From Verrucomicrobiota bacterium (GTDB lineage: Bacteria; Verrucomicrobiota; Verrucomicrobiia; Opitutales; Seribacteraceae), in the NCBI GenBank assembly GCA_027622665.1, contig JAQBYT010000053.1, positions 1-18,996 of the forward strand: DNA of 18,996 nucleotides, given 5' to 3'. The position numbers and the translations under genes were made by a program. The notes under the pieces were generated by a model. That model searched no databases. It was not told the origin of the DNA and saw nothing but the letters and a program-made list of their open reading frames with translations. Of this stretch, positions 8,122 through 16,604 are shown piece after piece. Each line of letters opens with the position of its first letter. The stretch's first letter is position 1.

Positions 8122-8478
8122 ATGAAAGTTTATGTCTACGACAAATGCGGTACCTGCCGAAAGGCTCTCAACTGGCTCGACCTGAATGATATGAAGTACA
8201 CCAAGATTCCTATTCGGGACAATCCTCCAAGCAAGTCCGCCTTGAAAAAAATGCTCAAAACAAAGAACGGTGAATTGAAAAAACTCTTCAATACGTCGAG
8301 CAAGGATTACCGGGATCCAGCCGTGAAGGATCGTTTGCCTGATCTCTCAGTTGAGCAAGCCCTCGACTTGCTCGCCTCTAGAGGGAATTTGATCAAGCGG
8401 CCTTTCCTTCTGTCGGAAGAGGTCGCATTGATCGGTTTCAAGGAAGAGGAGTGGGCGGCGGCGTTTGGCGGTAAATAA
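8122..8478 (+). CDS. ArsC/Spx/MgsR family protein
   Basis: MKVYVYDKCGTCRKALNWL (CxxC), LFNTSSKDYR and LIKRPFL..IGFKEEEW. The real start is ATG 8122; the track's upstream extension overlaps the M16 gene. Confidence 0.92.
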   Translation: MKVYVYDKCGTCRKALNWLDLNDMKYTKIPIRDNPPSKSALKKMLKTKNGELKKLFNTSSKDYRDPAVKDRLPDLSVEQALDLLASRGNLIKRPFLLSEEVALIGFKEEEWAAAFGGK

Positions 8479-8496
8479 GGAAGGAATCTTTAAGTC

Positions 8497-9285
8497 ATGA
8501 AACTTGATGGAAAAGTTGCTTTGGTTACGGGAGCGGGCACTGGTGTGGGAGCGGCTACCGCTGTACTTCTCGCTAAAAAAGGGTGTCGCGTGGCTGTCAA
8601 CTATCGTCGTTCCGGCGAAGAGGCTGCCGAAGTGGTCGCCGCCATCGAGGAAACCGGTGGCGAGGCTTTTGCCTTTCAAGCCGACGTTGCCTCGGACAAT
8701 GAGGCTCGTGCCTTGATCGATGCCGCCATTGATAAATTTGGCCGGCTCGATCTCCTTGTCAATAACGCGGGCACCACGGAATTTATTCCTTTCGACGATC
8801 TCGATGCAGTGGGCGACGACGTCTGGCAACGGCTCTACCAAGTGAACGTAGTGGGTGCTTTCCATTGCGCTCGGGCTGCGGCAAAGGTGATGCGAGACAC
8901 CTGTGGGACGGACGGCGCGGAAATCGTAAACGTCGGATCCATAGCCGGCCTCAAGGCTACGGGTAGCTGTATACCCTACGCCGCCAGCAAGGCTGCCTTG
9001 CATAACCTGACGGTGGCTCTGGCTCGCACCTTGGCTCCTGATCGTATTCGTGTCAATGCGGTGGCTCCGGGTTTCATTACTGGCCGTTGGTTGGAGGGGG
9101 GATTGGGCGAACACTACGAGTCAACCAAGGCCGCCTTCGAAAAGGCCATGCCCCTCGGAGCGGTGTGCACGCCCGCCGACGTGGCTGTCGCCATCCTGTC
9201 TCTCGTCGAGGGTTCCGACCTCGTTACCGGGCAAATTCTTGCCTGCGATGCCGGCATGAGCCTGGCCGAACCCGTTCAGGTCTGA
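8497..9285 (+). CDS. Classical SDR oxidoreductase (FabG-like, likely NADP(H)-dependent)
   Basis: TGAGTGVG, NYRRS, LVNNAG, catalytic S and YAASK, VNAVAPG. Confidence 0.93.
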   Translation: MKLDGKVALVTGAGTGVGAATAVLLAKKGCRVAVNYRRSGEEAAEVVAAIEETGGEAFAFQADVASDNEARALIDAAIDKFGRLDLLVNNAGTTEFIPFDDLDAVGDDVWQRLYQVNVVGAFHCARAAAKVMRDTCGTDGAEIVNVGSIAGLKATGSCIPYAASKAALHNLTVALARTLAPDRIRVNAVAPGFITGRWLEGGLGEHYESTKAAFEKAMPLGAVCTPADVAVAILSLVEGSDLVTGQILACDAGMSLAEPVQV

Positions 9286-9389
9286 TCGTGCTTGTTCCCT
9301 TTCAGTTGTCCGGAGTGAGGTAAATCAAAGATTGCCACTTGTTCCGGTTTTCTCGAAAATAATCGTTTCTTTCCTGTACTTGTTCCCCC

Positions 9390-10145
9390 ATGCCACTCTC
9401 ATTGAACGGACGCGTAGCTTTAGTTACCGGCAGCAGCCGGGGGCTTGGGCATGGCATTGCCCTCTCCTTGGGGAAAGCGGGTGCGAAAGTGGTGGTCAAT
9501 TATTTGAATGATCGAGCGTCGGCCGACTCGGCGATGGCCGTGCTAAGCGATAACAGTGTTCATGCCATGCTTGTGCGGGCCGACGCCTCCGACCCCGAGC
9601 AGGTCGAAGCCATGGTTCGTTCCGCTTCCGAAAAATTGGGCGCTGTCGACATCGTCGTCCCCAATGCTACTCCCGATCAACCCCAAAAGCCTATAGAGGA
9701 ATACGATGCCGACTTCTATCGCCAAATGTACGAATTCTTCGTGATGGGCCCCTACATGTTGGCCAAGGCCGCCTTGCCGGGAATGAAGGGGCAAGGGTGG
9801 GGCCGCATCGTCAATGTGACGAGCGAAGTCTTTCATTGCAGCGTGCCGAACTTCAGCGCTTACGTCGCGGCCAAGGGCGGTCAGATCGGCTGGAGCCGCA
9901 GCATGGCCTCGGAGCTCGCTCCTTTTGGCATTACCGTAAACACCGTGGCTCCCGGCTGGATACCTACTGAGCGCCACGCCAATGATCCTGAGGAAGCCAA
10001 GAACGCCTATCTGGAGACTATCCCGATGGGCCGTTGGGGCACGCCCAAGGACGTGGGCGATTCAGTGGCCTTTTTCGCTTCCGACGAGGCAAGCTTCCTC
10101 ACCGGCCAAACTCTTTGCGTAAATGGCGGTCGCACGCCATGGTGA
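9390..10145 (+). CDS. SDR oxidoreductase
   Basis: TGSSRGLG, VPNAT in place of NNAG, YVAAK, VNTVAPGWI, C-terminal TGQTLCVNGG. Confidence 0.93.
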   Translation: MPLSLNGRVALVTGSSRGLGHGIALSLGKAGAKVVVNYLNDRASADSAMAVLSDNSVHAMLVRADASDPEQVEAMVRSASEKLGAVDIVVPNATPDQPQKPIEEYDADFYRQMYEFFVMGPYMLAKAALPGMKGQGWGRIVNVTSEVFHCSVPNFSAYVAAKGGQIGWSRSMASELAPFGITVNTVAPGWIPTERHANDPEEAKNAYLETIPMGRWGTPKDVGDSVAFFASDEASFLTGQTLCVNGGRTPW

Positions 10146-10200
10146 AATTTTTACTTTTTAATCCAAACCTAACTCACACAACCTGAAAAACCTCAGTATT

Positions 10201-11220
10201 ATGAAGTTCCAATCTCATCATTCCTTTTTCCGTGCCTCCATTTTTGTAATCGGCGCTGGTTTACTATCTCTTCTCGCCGCTTGTGGAGGCGGCAAGGGCG
10301 AAGATCCATCCGCTGTCATCGAAGGCAATGGGTTCACCATTCTCGGCACCCTTACGGACCAGTTCGATCGGGCCAAGGCCAAGGCCAACGTGGAGGATAC
10401 TTTGTCACGCCATCCCAATATTGACTGCATGGTCGGCCTTTTTGAATACAACCCCCCGCTCATCCTCGAGGTCCTGGAGCAAGCCAAGAAACTCGGCCAA
10501 GTCAAGGTGGTTGCCTTCGACGAAAATGACCGAACCCTGAAAGGTATTCAAGACGGTCATGTTCAGGGAACAATTGCCCAAGACCCATACATGTACGGAT
10601 ACAAGTCCATGGAATACCTAGCCAAGCTCCATAAGGGCGAAAATCCCGCCAAGCTTGCTTTCGTCACCAATGGGGTCGCTCCCTTCTGGGATATCGCGGC
10701 CAAAGGCGCTCTTCAGGCTCAGGCAGATTTTTCCGTCGAAGTCGACGTCGTTATGCCTTCCGGTGGAATAACCGACCAGAAGGACAAGATTGAGGATCTC
10801 GTCACCCGAGAGGTAGACGGAATCGCCGTTAGCCCCATTGATGCCAAGAACCAGACGGGGCTCCTCAACGAAGTGGCTGCTAAAACTAACCTCGTTACAC
10901 ACGATTCCGATGCCCCCGAGTCAAATCGCCTCTGCTACATCGGCGTGGACAACTACGATGCCGGACTCATGTGCGCCGAGCTTGTGAAAAAAGCACTCCC
11001 TAATGGTGGCAAATTGATGATTTTCGTTGGTCGGATGGAGCAGGACAATGCCAAACTCCGTCGCCAAGGACTGATTGACGGCCTAATCGGGAAGAAACGT
11101 GAATCGGGAGGAGTCGCATTACCCGAGGACAAGTTTATCAGCGTTCCCGCCCAAAGTATTGAGAAGGCCAATGTGGACGAGTTTTGGACCACCCTAAAGA
11201 AGCGTTTGGGCAAGGAATAG
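10201..11220 (+). CDS. Sugar ABC transporter substrate-binding lipoprotein (type I PBP, RbsB-like), internally permuted
   Basis: Lipobox LAAC (Cys28). PBP1 motifs AFVTN..PFW, DGIAVSP, THDSD, YIGVDNYDAG, VVAFDE and TIAQDPYMYG are all present but out of the canonical order. Confidence 0.92.
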   Translation: MKFQSHHSFFRASIFVIGAGLLSLLAACGGGKGEDPSAVIEGNGFTILGTLTDQFDRAKAKANVEDTLSRHPNIDCMVGLFEYNPPLILEVLEQAKKLGQVKVVAFDENDRTLKGIQDGHVQGTIAQDPYMYGYKSMEYLAKLHKGENPAKLAFVTNGVAPFWDIAAKGALQAQADFSVEVDVVMPSGGITDQKDKIEDLVTREVDGIAVSPIDAKNQTGLLNEVAAKTNLVTHDSDAPESNRLCYIGVDNYDAGLMCAELVKKALPNGGKLMIFVGRMEQDNAKLRRQGLIDGLIGKKRESGGVALPEDKFISVPAQSIEKANVDEFWTTLKKRLGKE

Positions 11221-11248
11221 TCGCATTGCCGTTTTCCGTTAGTTTCGG

Positions 11249-12778
11249 ATGAGTGAAGCTTCCCCGGTGTCCCCGCTGCTCAAAGTTCGGGGGATTGGCA
11301 AGAGCTTTCCCGGCGTCCGTGCCCTCAATGGCGTCGACCTCGCCCTCGGGCAGAGTCAAGTTCTCGGTCTCATCGGTGAGAATGGCGCCGGCAAGAGTAC
11401 CTTGATGAAGATTCTGGCTGGTGTCCAGCCTCCCGACGAGGGTGAAATACTAATGGAGGGCGAGATCGTTTCGATCAATACCACTCGAGAAGCCCTCGAC
11501 CATGGCATCGCCTTGATCCATCAGGAACTCAATTTGGCCACCAATTTGAGCGTGGGGGCAAACGTTTTCCTCGGACGTGAACTTTTGAAAGGCGGTTTGA
11601 TCGATGATGCCCGCATCAACGAGGAGTCGTATAAATATCTGCAAATGGTCGGTCTCGACTTGGACCCGACGACCTTGGTCGAAGACCTCACGATCGGGCG
11701 ACAGCAAATGGTGGAGATCGCGAAGGCGTTATCCATCAACGCACGCATTCTGATTATGGATGAGCCGACTTCCAGTCTTTCGCAGGCTGAAACGGAATAC
11801 CTCTTCAAGGTGATCAAGGACTTGCGTTCCCGCGGTGTGAGCATCATTTATATCTCACATCGGCTCGGCGAAGTCACCGAGTTAGCCGATCACGTCACCG
11901 TTCTTCGCGATGGCGAAAACGCCGGCGAGTTAAGCCGAGAAGAAATTTCTCACGACTCCATGGTACGCCTCATGATTGGGCGCGAAATTTCCCAATATTA
12001 CGACCACAAGCAACGGGAACCGGGCGAGGTAGTGCTTGAAGTAAAGGGTTTGCGAACCCCCGAGCATACCGATCATGCCATAGACTTTACCCTGCGAGCG
12101 GGCGAAATTGTGGGTGTGGCAGGCTTGGTGGGGGCAGGGCGCACGGAGATGCTGGCAACCTTGTTCGGCGTTACGCCGGCTTTGGGCGGTTCCATCGCGA
12201 TCAAGGGACAACCATCTGAGATCAATTCTCCTCTCGATGCGATTCGGGCAGGTTTGGCGTTGGCTCCCGAGGACCGTAAGCAACAGGGACTCGTCATAGA
12301 TATGAGCGTTCGAGAAAACATGAGCCTAGCGGCCCTCTGGAGGGATCAAAAAAAGTGGGGCTTTCTCGATTTCGCCAAGGAACTCGAAATTACACGAGAA
12401 ATGGTCAAGAGCATGCGCGTAAAAACTCCCGGTGATGATCAAATTGTTCGTTACCTGTCCGGCGGTAACCAGCAAAAGGTCGTGCTCGGCAAATGGCTCA
12501 CCATGAAACCAGCAGTCCTCTTGCTAGATGAGCCCACTCGTGGGATCGACGTCGGGGCCAAGCGAGAAATCTATGCACTTATGGAGGAATTGGCTGATGC
12601 GGGCGTCGCCATCCTTTTCGTTTCCAGTGAACTGGAAGAAGTGCTCGGCATGTCCGATCGGACTCTTGTTATGCATGAGGGACGGTTGACGGGTGAATTG
12701 TCTCGCGAAGAGCTTAGCGAGGAAGCCGTCATGCAGCTCGCTACGGGTAACTCGGAATCTTTAGGAAAAGCTGCCTGA
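11249..12778 (+). CDS. Sugar ABC transporter ATP-binding protein (RbsA/MglA-type, two NBDs)
   Basis: Walker A GENGAGKST, IMDEPT, ISHRL. The second domain has LSGGNQQKV, LLDEPTRGIDVGAK and SSELEE. Confidence 0.96.
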   Translation: MSEASPVSPLLKVRGIGKSFPGVRALNGVDLALGQSQVLGLIGENGAGKSTLMKILAGVQPPDEGEILMEGEIVSINTTREALDHGIALIHQELNLATNLSVGANVFLGRELLKGGLIDDARINEESYKYLQMVGLDLDPTTLVEDLTIGRQQMVEIAKALSINARILIMDEPTSSLSQAETEYLFKVIKDLRSRGVSIIYISHRLGEVTELADHVTVLRDGENAGELSREEISHDSMVRLMIGREISQYYDHKQREPGEVVLEVKGLRTPEHTDHAIDFTLRAGEIVGVAGLVGAGRTEMLATLFGVTPALGGSIAIKGQPSEINSPLDAIRAGLALAPEDRKQQGLVIDMSVRENMSLAALWRDQKKWGFLDFAKELEITREMVKSMRVKTPGDDQIVRYLSGGNQQKVVLGKWLTMKPAVLLLDEPTRGIDVGAKREIYALMEELADAGVAILFVSSELEEVLGMSDRTLVMHEGRLTGELSREELSEEAVMQLATGNSESLGKAA

Positions 12779-12803
12779 ACACTACAATCTACAACTTTTT
12801 CCC

Positions 12804-13772
12804 ATGAAGAAAATTCAAGGTATCTTTCTAATTCTAGTCTGCGTAATCGTCATGACCAGTATCATGAGCGACGTTTTCTGGGGGTCCTACAACTTGGAAA
12901 ACGTCCTTCGCCGCACCGCTCTTTTCGGGATCATCAGCATAGGAGTGGCGTTCGTTATAATTACCGGCGGAATCGATCTATCCATCGGGTCAGTCATTTG
13001 TCTGGTGGGATGCGGACTTCCGTGGTTGTTGGTAGAGCAAGAAGTTTCGGTTCCTGTAGCTCTTTTGGCCGTATTCGGTTTCTCTTTGGCGGTGGGGTTG
13101 ATTCACGGAATTCTCGTTGCCAAGGTAAAGCTTCAACCCTTTGTAGTTACGCTCTGCGGGCTCCTCCTTTATCGCGGAATCACTCGCGGGTTCACGGGGG
13201 ATCAGTCTCAAGGGTTCGGTACGGACTTCAAGGGGATTCGCGAACTGGCCACGGGAGAAATTCCATTATTTGGCTTTAATTTACCTATGCCATGCGTGTT
13301 CCTAGTCGTGGTCGCTGTGTTGGCTGGCGTTTTCCTGAACAAGACCATATACGGCCGATATCTTTTGGCCCTTGGAAATAACGAGGAAGCGGCCAAATTC
13401 AGTGGCATCGACGTGGACAAGATGGTCATTCTCGCTTATGTCATTTGTGCCCTCTGCTCGGGGCTTGGCGGCCTTCTGTTCGTACTCGACGTGAATTCGG
13501 CTCAACCCGTTGATTTCGGAAACTTTTACGAACTTTACGCCATTGCAGCTGCTGTCCTTGGGGGTTGTAGCTTACGTGGTGGCTCGGGCACCATACTTGG
13601 CGTGGTTATTGGGGCGGCCCTCATGCAGGTGTTGAGAAACATGATCGTGCTTGTGGACTGGATACCTACCCACATCGAATACGCCATCATAGGTGCCGTG
13701 ATCTTGGCCGGAGTCGTTGCTGACGAGATGATAAAGCGGGCGGTCGCTAAAAAACGCGCATCTCAAGGGTAG
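12804..13772 (+). CDS. Sugar ABC transporter permease (RbsC-type)
   Basis: ITGGIDLSIG, QPFVVTL, GRYLLALGNNEEAAKFSGI, YELYAIAAAVLGG and many TM helices. Confidence 0.96.
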   Translation: MKKIQGIFLILVCVIVMTSIMSDVFWGSYNLENVLRRTALFGIISIGVAFVIITGGIDLSIGSVICLVGCGLPWLLVEQEVSVPVALLAVFGFSLAVGLIHGILVAKVKLQPFVVTLCGLLLYRGITRGFTGDQSQGFGTDFKGIRELATGEIPLFGFNLPMPCVFLVVVAVLAGVFLNKTIYGRYLLALGNNEEAAKFSGIDVDKMVILAYVICALCSGLGGLLFVLDVNSAQPVDFGNFYELYAIAAAVLGGCSLRGGSGTILGVVIGAALMQVLRNMIVLVDWIPTHIEYAIIGAVILAGVVADEMIKRAVAKKRASQG

Positions 13773-13873
13773 CTCCTTCCGGGAGTTTTAATGAAGTTCG
13801 TCCGATCGGCACAAGAGGGGAATCGCCTTTTCCGTTATGCTGTGCTTCTTATGTTGAATTTTTCTATTTCTTC

Positions 13874-15742
13874 ATGAAACCAATCAATAAGTTCCTTCTC
13901 GATAACGCTCTTCGAATTTCCGACAATCCATGCGTCAGTCCTGATTTCTGCATAGACTGGGAGGGCTTGCAGGTGGACTTGGCCTCGGATTCTGGCATCG
14001 TCAATCACGACAAGAGCGGAGTATCCACTTCCCATGGCGCATGGAGTCTCGTTGAAAATGCGCATGGAGACCATGCATGGTGCCTAACTCCTGCCGATCC
14101 GGACGCTGCCGGGGTTGAACAAATCTTGGAGAATCGTACGGAGATTAACGGGCAGGTCTACTTCCCCGCCAGTTTCGAGAACTTGATCCGGATCAAAAAC
14201 ATCTTTCAGGAAGCCGATTCAAATTGCTCTATTTTCCCGAGTTCGGGGGCAGACCTCGGGAAATCTACTTTGGGCATCGGCGCACGCTTCACCACCCTCC
14301 ACTGGGATGGCGTGGACTGGGCCATGAGCCGTCTCGGGCAAGGCCTTACCGCCAACCAGAACAGCATACCTCGCGAACTCGTCTACGATGTCGATGAAAT
14401 GCTCGCCGACCGCCTCGATTCCGTTCCTTTCCCCTTCATCGGTTGCGACGTTCCCGAAGGTCATCAGGGGCAAAGCGTAGAGGGAATGACACATGGCTGC
14501 ATTTTAGCCAAGTTGAAGAGCGGTTTCCACAATCTCGGTCTTGCTTGGAGTTTCAACGCCGATCACCAGCCCATCGGCGGCAAGTTCGATGTCCGCGAGG
14601 ATCAACTGGTAGCCGGATGCCTGTTTGCCAGTTACATCACCTTCGACATTTCACCGGAGCTTGCTTTGACCGAGGTTTCCGACAGCCCCATCGAAAAGAG
14701 CATGTACGTCACGCAAAACGTGCCGGCAGACCTTGTCGAGGCTGCTCGCCTACGAGTGGAGGCAGCGGGGTTGACGCCGACCAAGGACGAATTCAACGGT
14801 CTTCTCGCCTATGTCTGGCCCGCCATGCAGAAAATGAAGGTTCGCGACGACAAGTATCGCTCCGCCCGCGAGGCTGCCTTTACCACGGAACTCGGCCGCG
14901 ATTACCTTCGCGAGCTCTCCATCGACGAGCTTCCCGGTCTCACCACTCCCGAGACCACCGCGGTCATGCTCGCCCTTGCCTTCGAGATGGAGATGCCCAT
15001 CCACTTCGTCGCTCCCGCCTTCGGCTTCCAGAAGAATATTCCCTATCCGGACAACGACGAGCTCCGTTCGATGGTTGCCCGCATCTGGTCGGTCTGCGAG
15101 AAGTTCGGAGTGTCCATCGGTTTTCACTCCGGTTCGGGCAAATCCGCCGAAAACTACCAAGTCGTCGGTGAAATGACGGGGAGCAGGCTCGAAATCAAGA
15201 CAAGCGGTCGCTATACCTACGAAATGGGCGTTGCCCTGCATGCCTCCACCAACGAGACCGACCAATCCCTCTGGGGAGATTGGCACGCCTTTACCCTCGA
15301 TTTGGCCGTTGCCGGATGCTTCGCCGAGGACGATACCGAGCGCAAAATGGCTCGCGAGTTCGTTTCCGATACCCTTTCCGCCGCCGGAGTTAGTCCCGAA
15401 GTTTATGCCGATTCCGATTCCTGTCGGGCAGCCCTGCAGGCTTTGGACCCATCGCCCGATCACGTTTTCTGGTTCGAGTACAACTTTCTCTACGTTCTCG
15501 CTGCTGACGGCAGGGCCGAGAAAGCAGCCCTCGGGGATCATTCGCCCGCTGGATACGGCCAGCGTGCTCGCTTTTACTCCATCAGCGACGAGGGACGCCT
15601 TCTGTTCGCCAAGAACGTCGCCCTTTACATTCTGTTCCTTGCCGAAAACGTGGGGATCGCTTCCAAGGAGCTTTGCGACAACGCCCGATCCGAGCTTGCA
15701 GGTTACGCTTCCTTCGACGAATTCTATCAGGCCATCGCCTAA
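13874..15742 (+). CDS. uxaE: Tagaturonate/fructuronate epimerase (UxaE) family protein, divergent
   Basis: Motifs in the family order: NADH (cf. DADH), TFDIS, ELSIDE, APAFGFQKNIPY, HSGSGK (cf. HSGSDK) and IKTSG (cf. VKTAG). The symbol denotes the family; the substrate is not established. Confidence 0.78.
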   Translation: MKPINKFLLDNALRISDNPCVSPDFCIDWEGLQVDLASDSGIVNHDKSGVSTSHGAWSLVENAHGDHAWCLTPADPDAAGVEQILENRTEINGQVYFPASFENLIRIKNIFQEADSNCSIFPSSGADLGKSTLGIGARFTTLHWDGVDWAMSRLGQGLTANQNSIPRELVYDVDEMLADRLDSVPFPFIGCDVPEGHQGQSVEGMTHGCILAKLKSGFHNLGLAWSFNADHQPIGGKFDVREDQLVAGCLFASYITFDISPELALTEVSDSPIEKSMYVTQNVPADLVEAARLRVEAAGLTPTKDEFNGLLAYVWPAMQKMKVRDDKYRSAREAAFTTELGRDYLRELSIDELPGLTTPETTAVMLALAFEMEMPIHFVAPAFGFQKNIPYPDNDELRSMVARIWSVCEKFGVSIGFHSGSGKSAENYQVVGEMTGSRLEIKTSGRYTYEMGVALHASTNETDQSLWGDWHAFTLDLAVAGCFAEDDTERKMAREFVSDTLSAAGVSPEVYADSDSCRAALQALDPSPDHVFWFEYNFLYVLAADGRAEKAALGDHSPAGYGQRARFYSISDEGRLLFAKNVALYILFLAENVGIASKELCDNARSELAGYASFDEFYQAIA

Positions 15743-15771
15743 CCAACCTTGGAAATCGGCCTGTCCGGGGC

Positions 15772-16473
15772 CTACTTACCCAACCTCTCCAAGGCGTCGA
15801 CTACTACCAGCTTAGCCAGGGCTTGTGAACCATCGGCGAAGTAGTGCACGTTGGCGGGGCGCATCCACTTCTTCATGTTCTTCTTACTCGGGGTGAATAG
15901 GTCGAGTGTCGGTACTTCGTGCTTCTTCATCACGCGGGCGGCCGCCTCGTTGTAGCGTACGGAATCGCCGACGTAGCGTCCCTTCGAACCCGGCGGAACC
16001 GGCGTCGTGTTGCGCCACACTAGCTTTGCCCCCGTCTTCTTCATGCGGGCCACCAGTTTGTCCAAGTTCTTCTCGTAATCCTCGATTACTACCTGCGGCT
16101 TACCGCCCTTTTCCTTGGGGTAGAGGTTTTCGCCCTTTGGCCCCATGTACTTGAGGTCGTGCAAACCCCAGTTGAAGTGAATCAGGTCCCATTTGCTCTT
16201 GCCCAACCACTTTTCGATTTCGGCTAACCCCGTCGAGGTCGGCCCGCCGTTGGTCGGAATCCTGTGCAGGTTCGCCTTCCCCTTGAGCAAGGCTCGGGTT
16301 GGCAGGGTGTAGCCGATCGAAATGGAATCGCCGATAATCAGGATTCTCGGCAAGCCTGCGACGTCCTCGATGGGAGTCATGGGGCCGACGCGAGCCGGTT
16401 TCTTCGCCTTTTGGGCCATTAGCGTTCCGCCTGCCAAGCAAGCGAGTAGGGAGAGGGTGAGTAACTTCTTCAT
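15772..16473 (-). CDS. Secreted SGNH/GDSL hydrolase
   Basis: Signal peptide, block I IIGDSISIG, NGG, HFNWGLHDL, and C-terminal PANVHY. Confidence 0.9.
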   Translation of the reverse strand: MKKLLTLSLLACLAGGTLMAQKAKKPARVGPMTPIEDVAGLPRILIIGDSISIGYTLPTRALLKGKANLHRIPTNGGPTSTGLAEIEKWLGKSKWDLIHFNWGLHDLKYMGPKGENLYPKEKGGKPQVVIEDYEKNLDKLVARMKKTGAKLVWRNTTPVPPGSKGRYVGDSVRYNEAAARVMKKHEVPTLDLFTPSKKNMKKWMRPANVHYFADGSQALAKLVVVDALERLGK

Positions 16474-16604
16474 ATCGGTTTTGAGATGAAGCCAAATCCA
16501 AGCCCGAGCAAGAGCATATTGGCAGGCGCGACCACATTTTTGAAATTATCCATTTCTCCCTCTTCGAGTTTGACCGACTTTCACGTCTGTTGAAAACTCG
16601 AATC

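Noticed and set aside
8122..8478. Arsenic resistance operon
   Set aside because: No arsR, arsB or acr3 nearby. The CxxC ArsC/Spx-like subfamily is not diagnostic of arsenate reduction.
13771..13789. Terminator after the permease
   Set aside because: Short stem with several G-U pairs and only four T residues; too weak to call.
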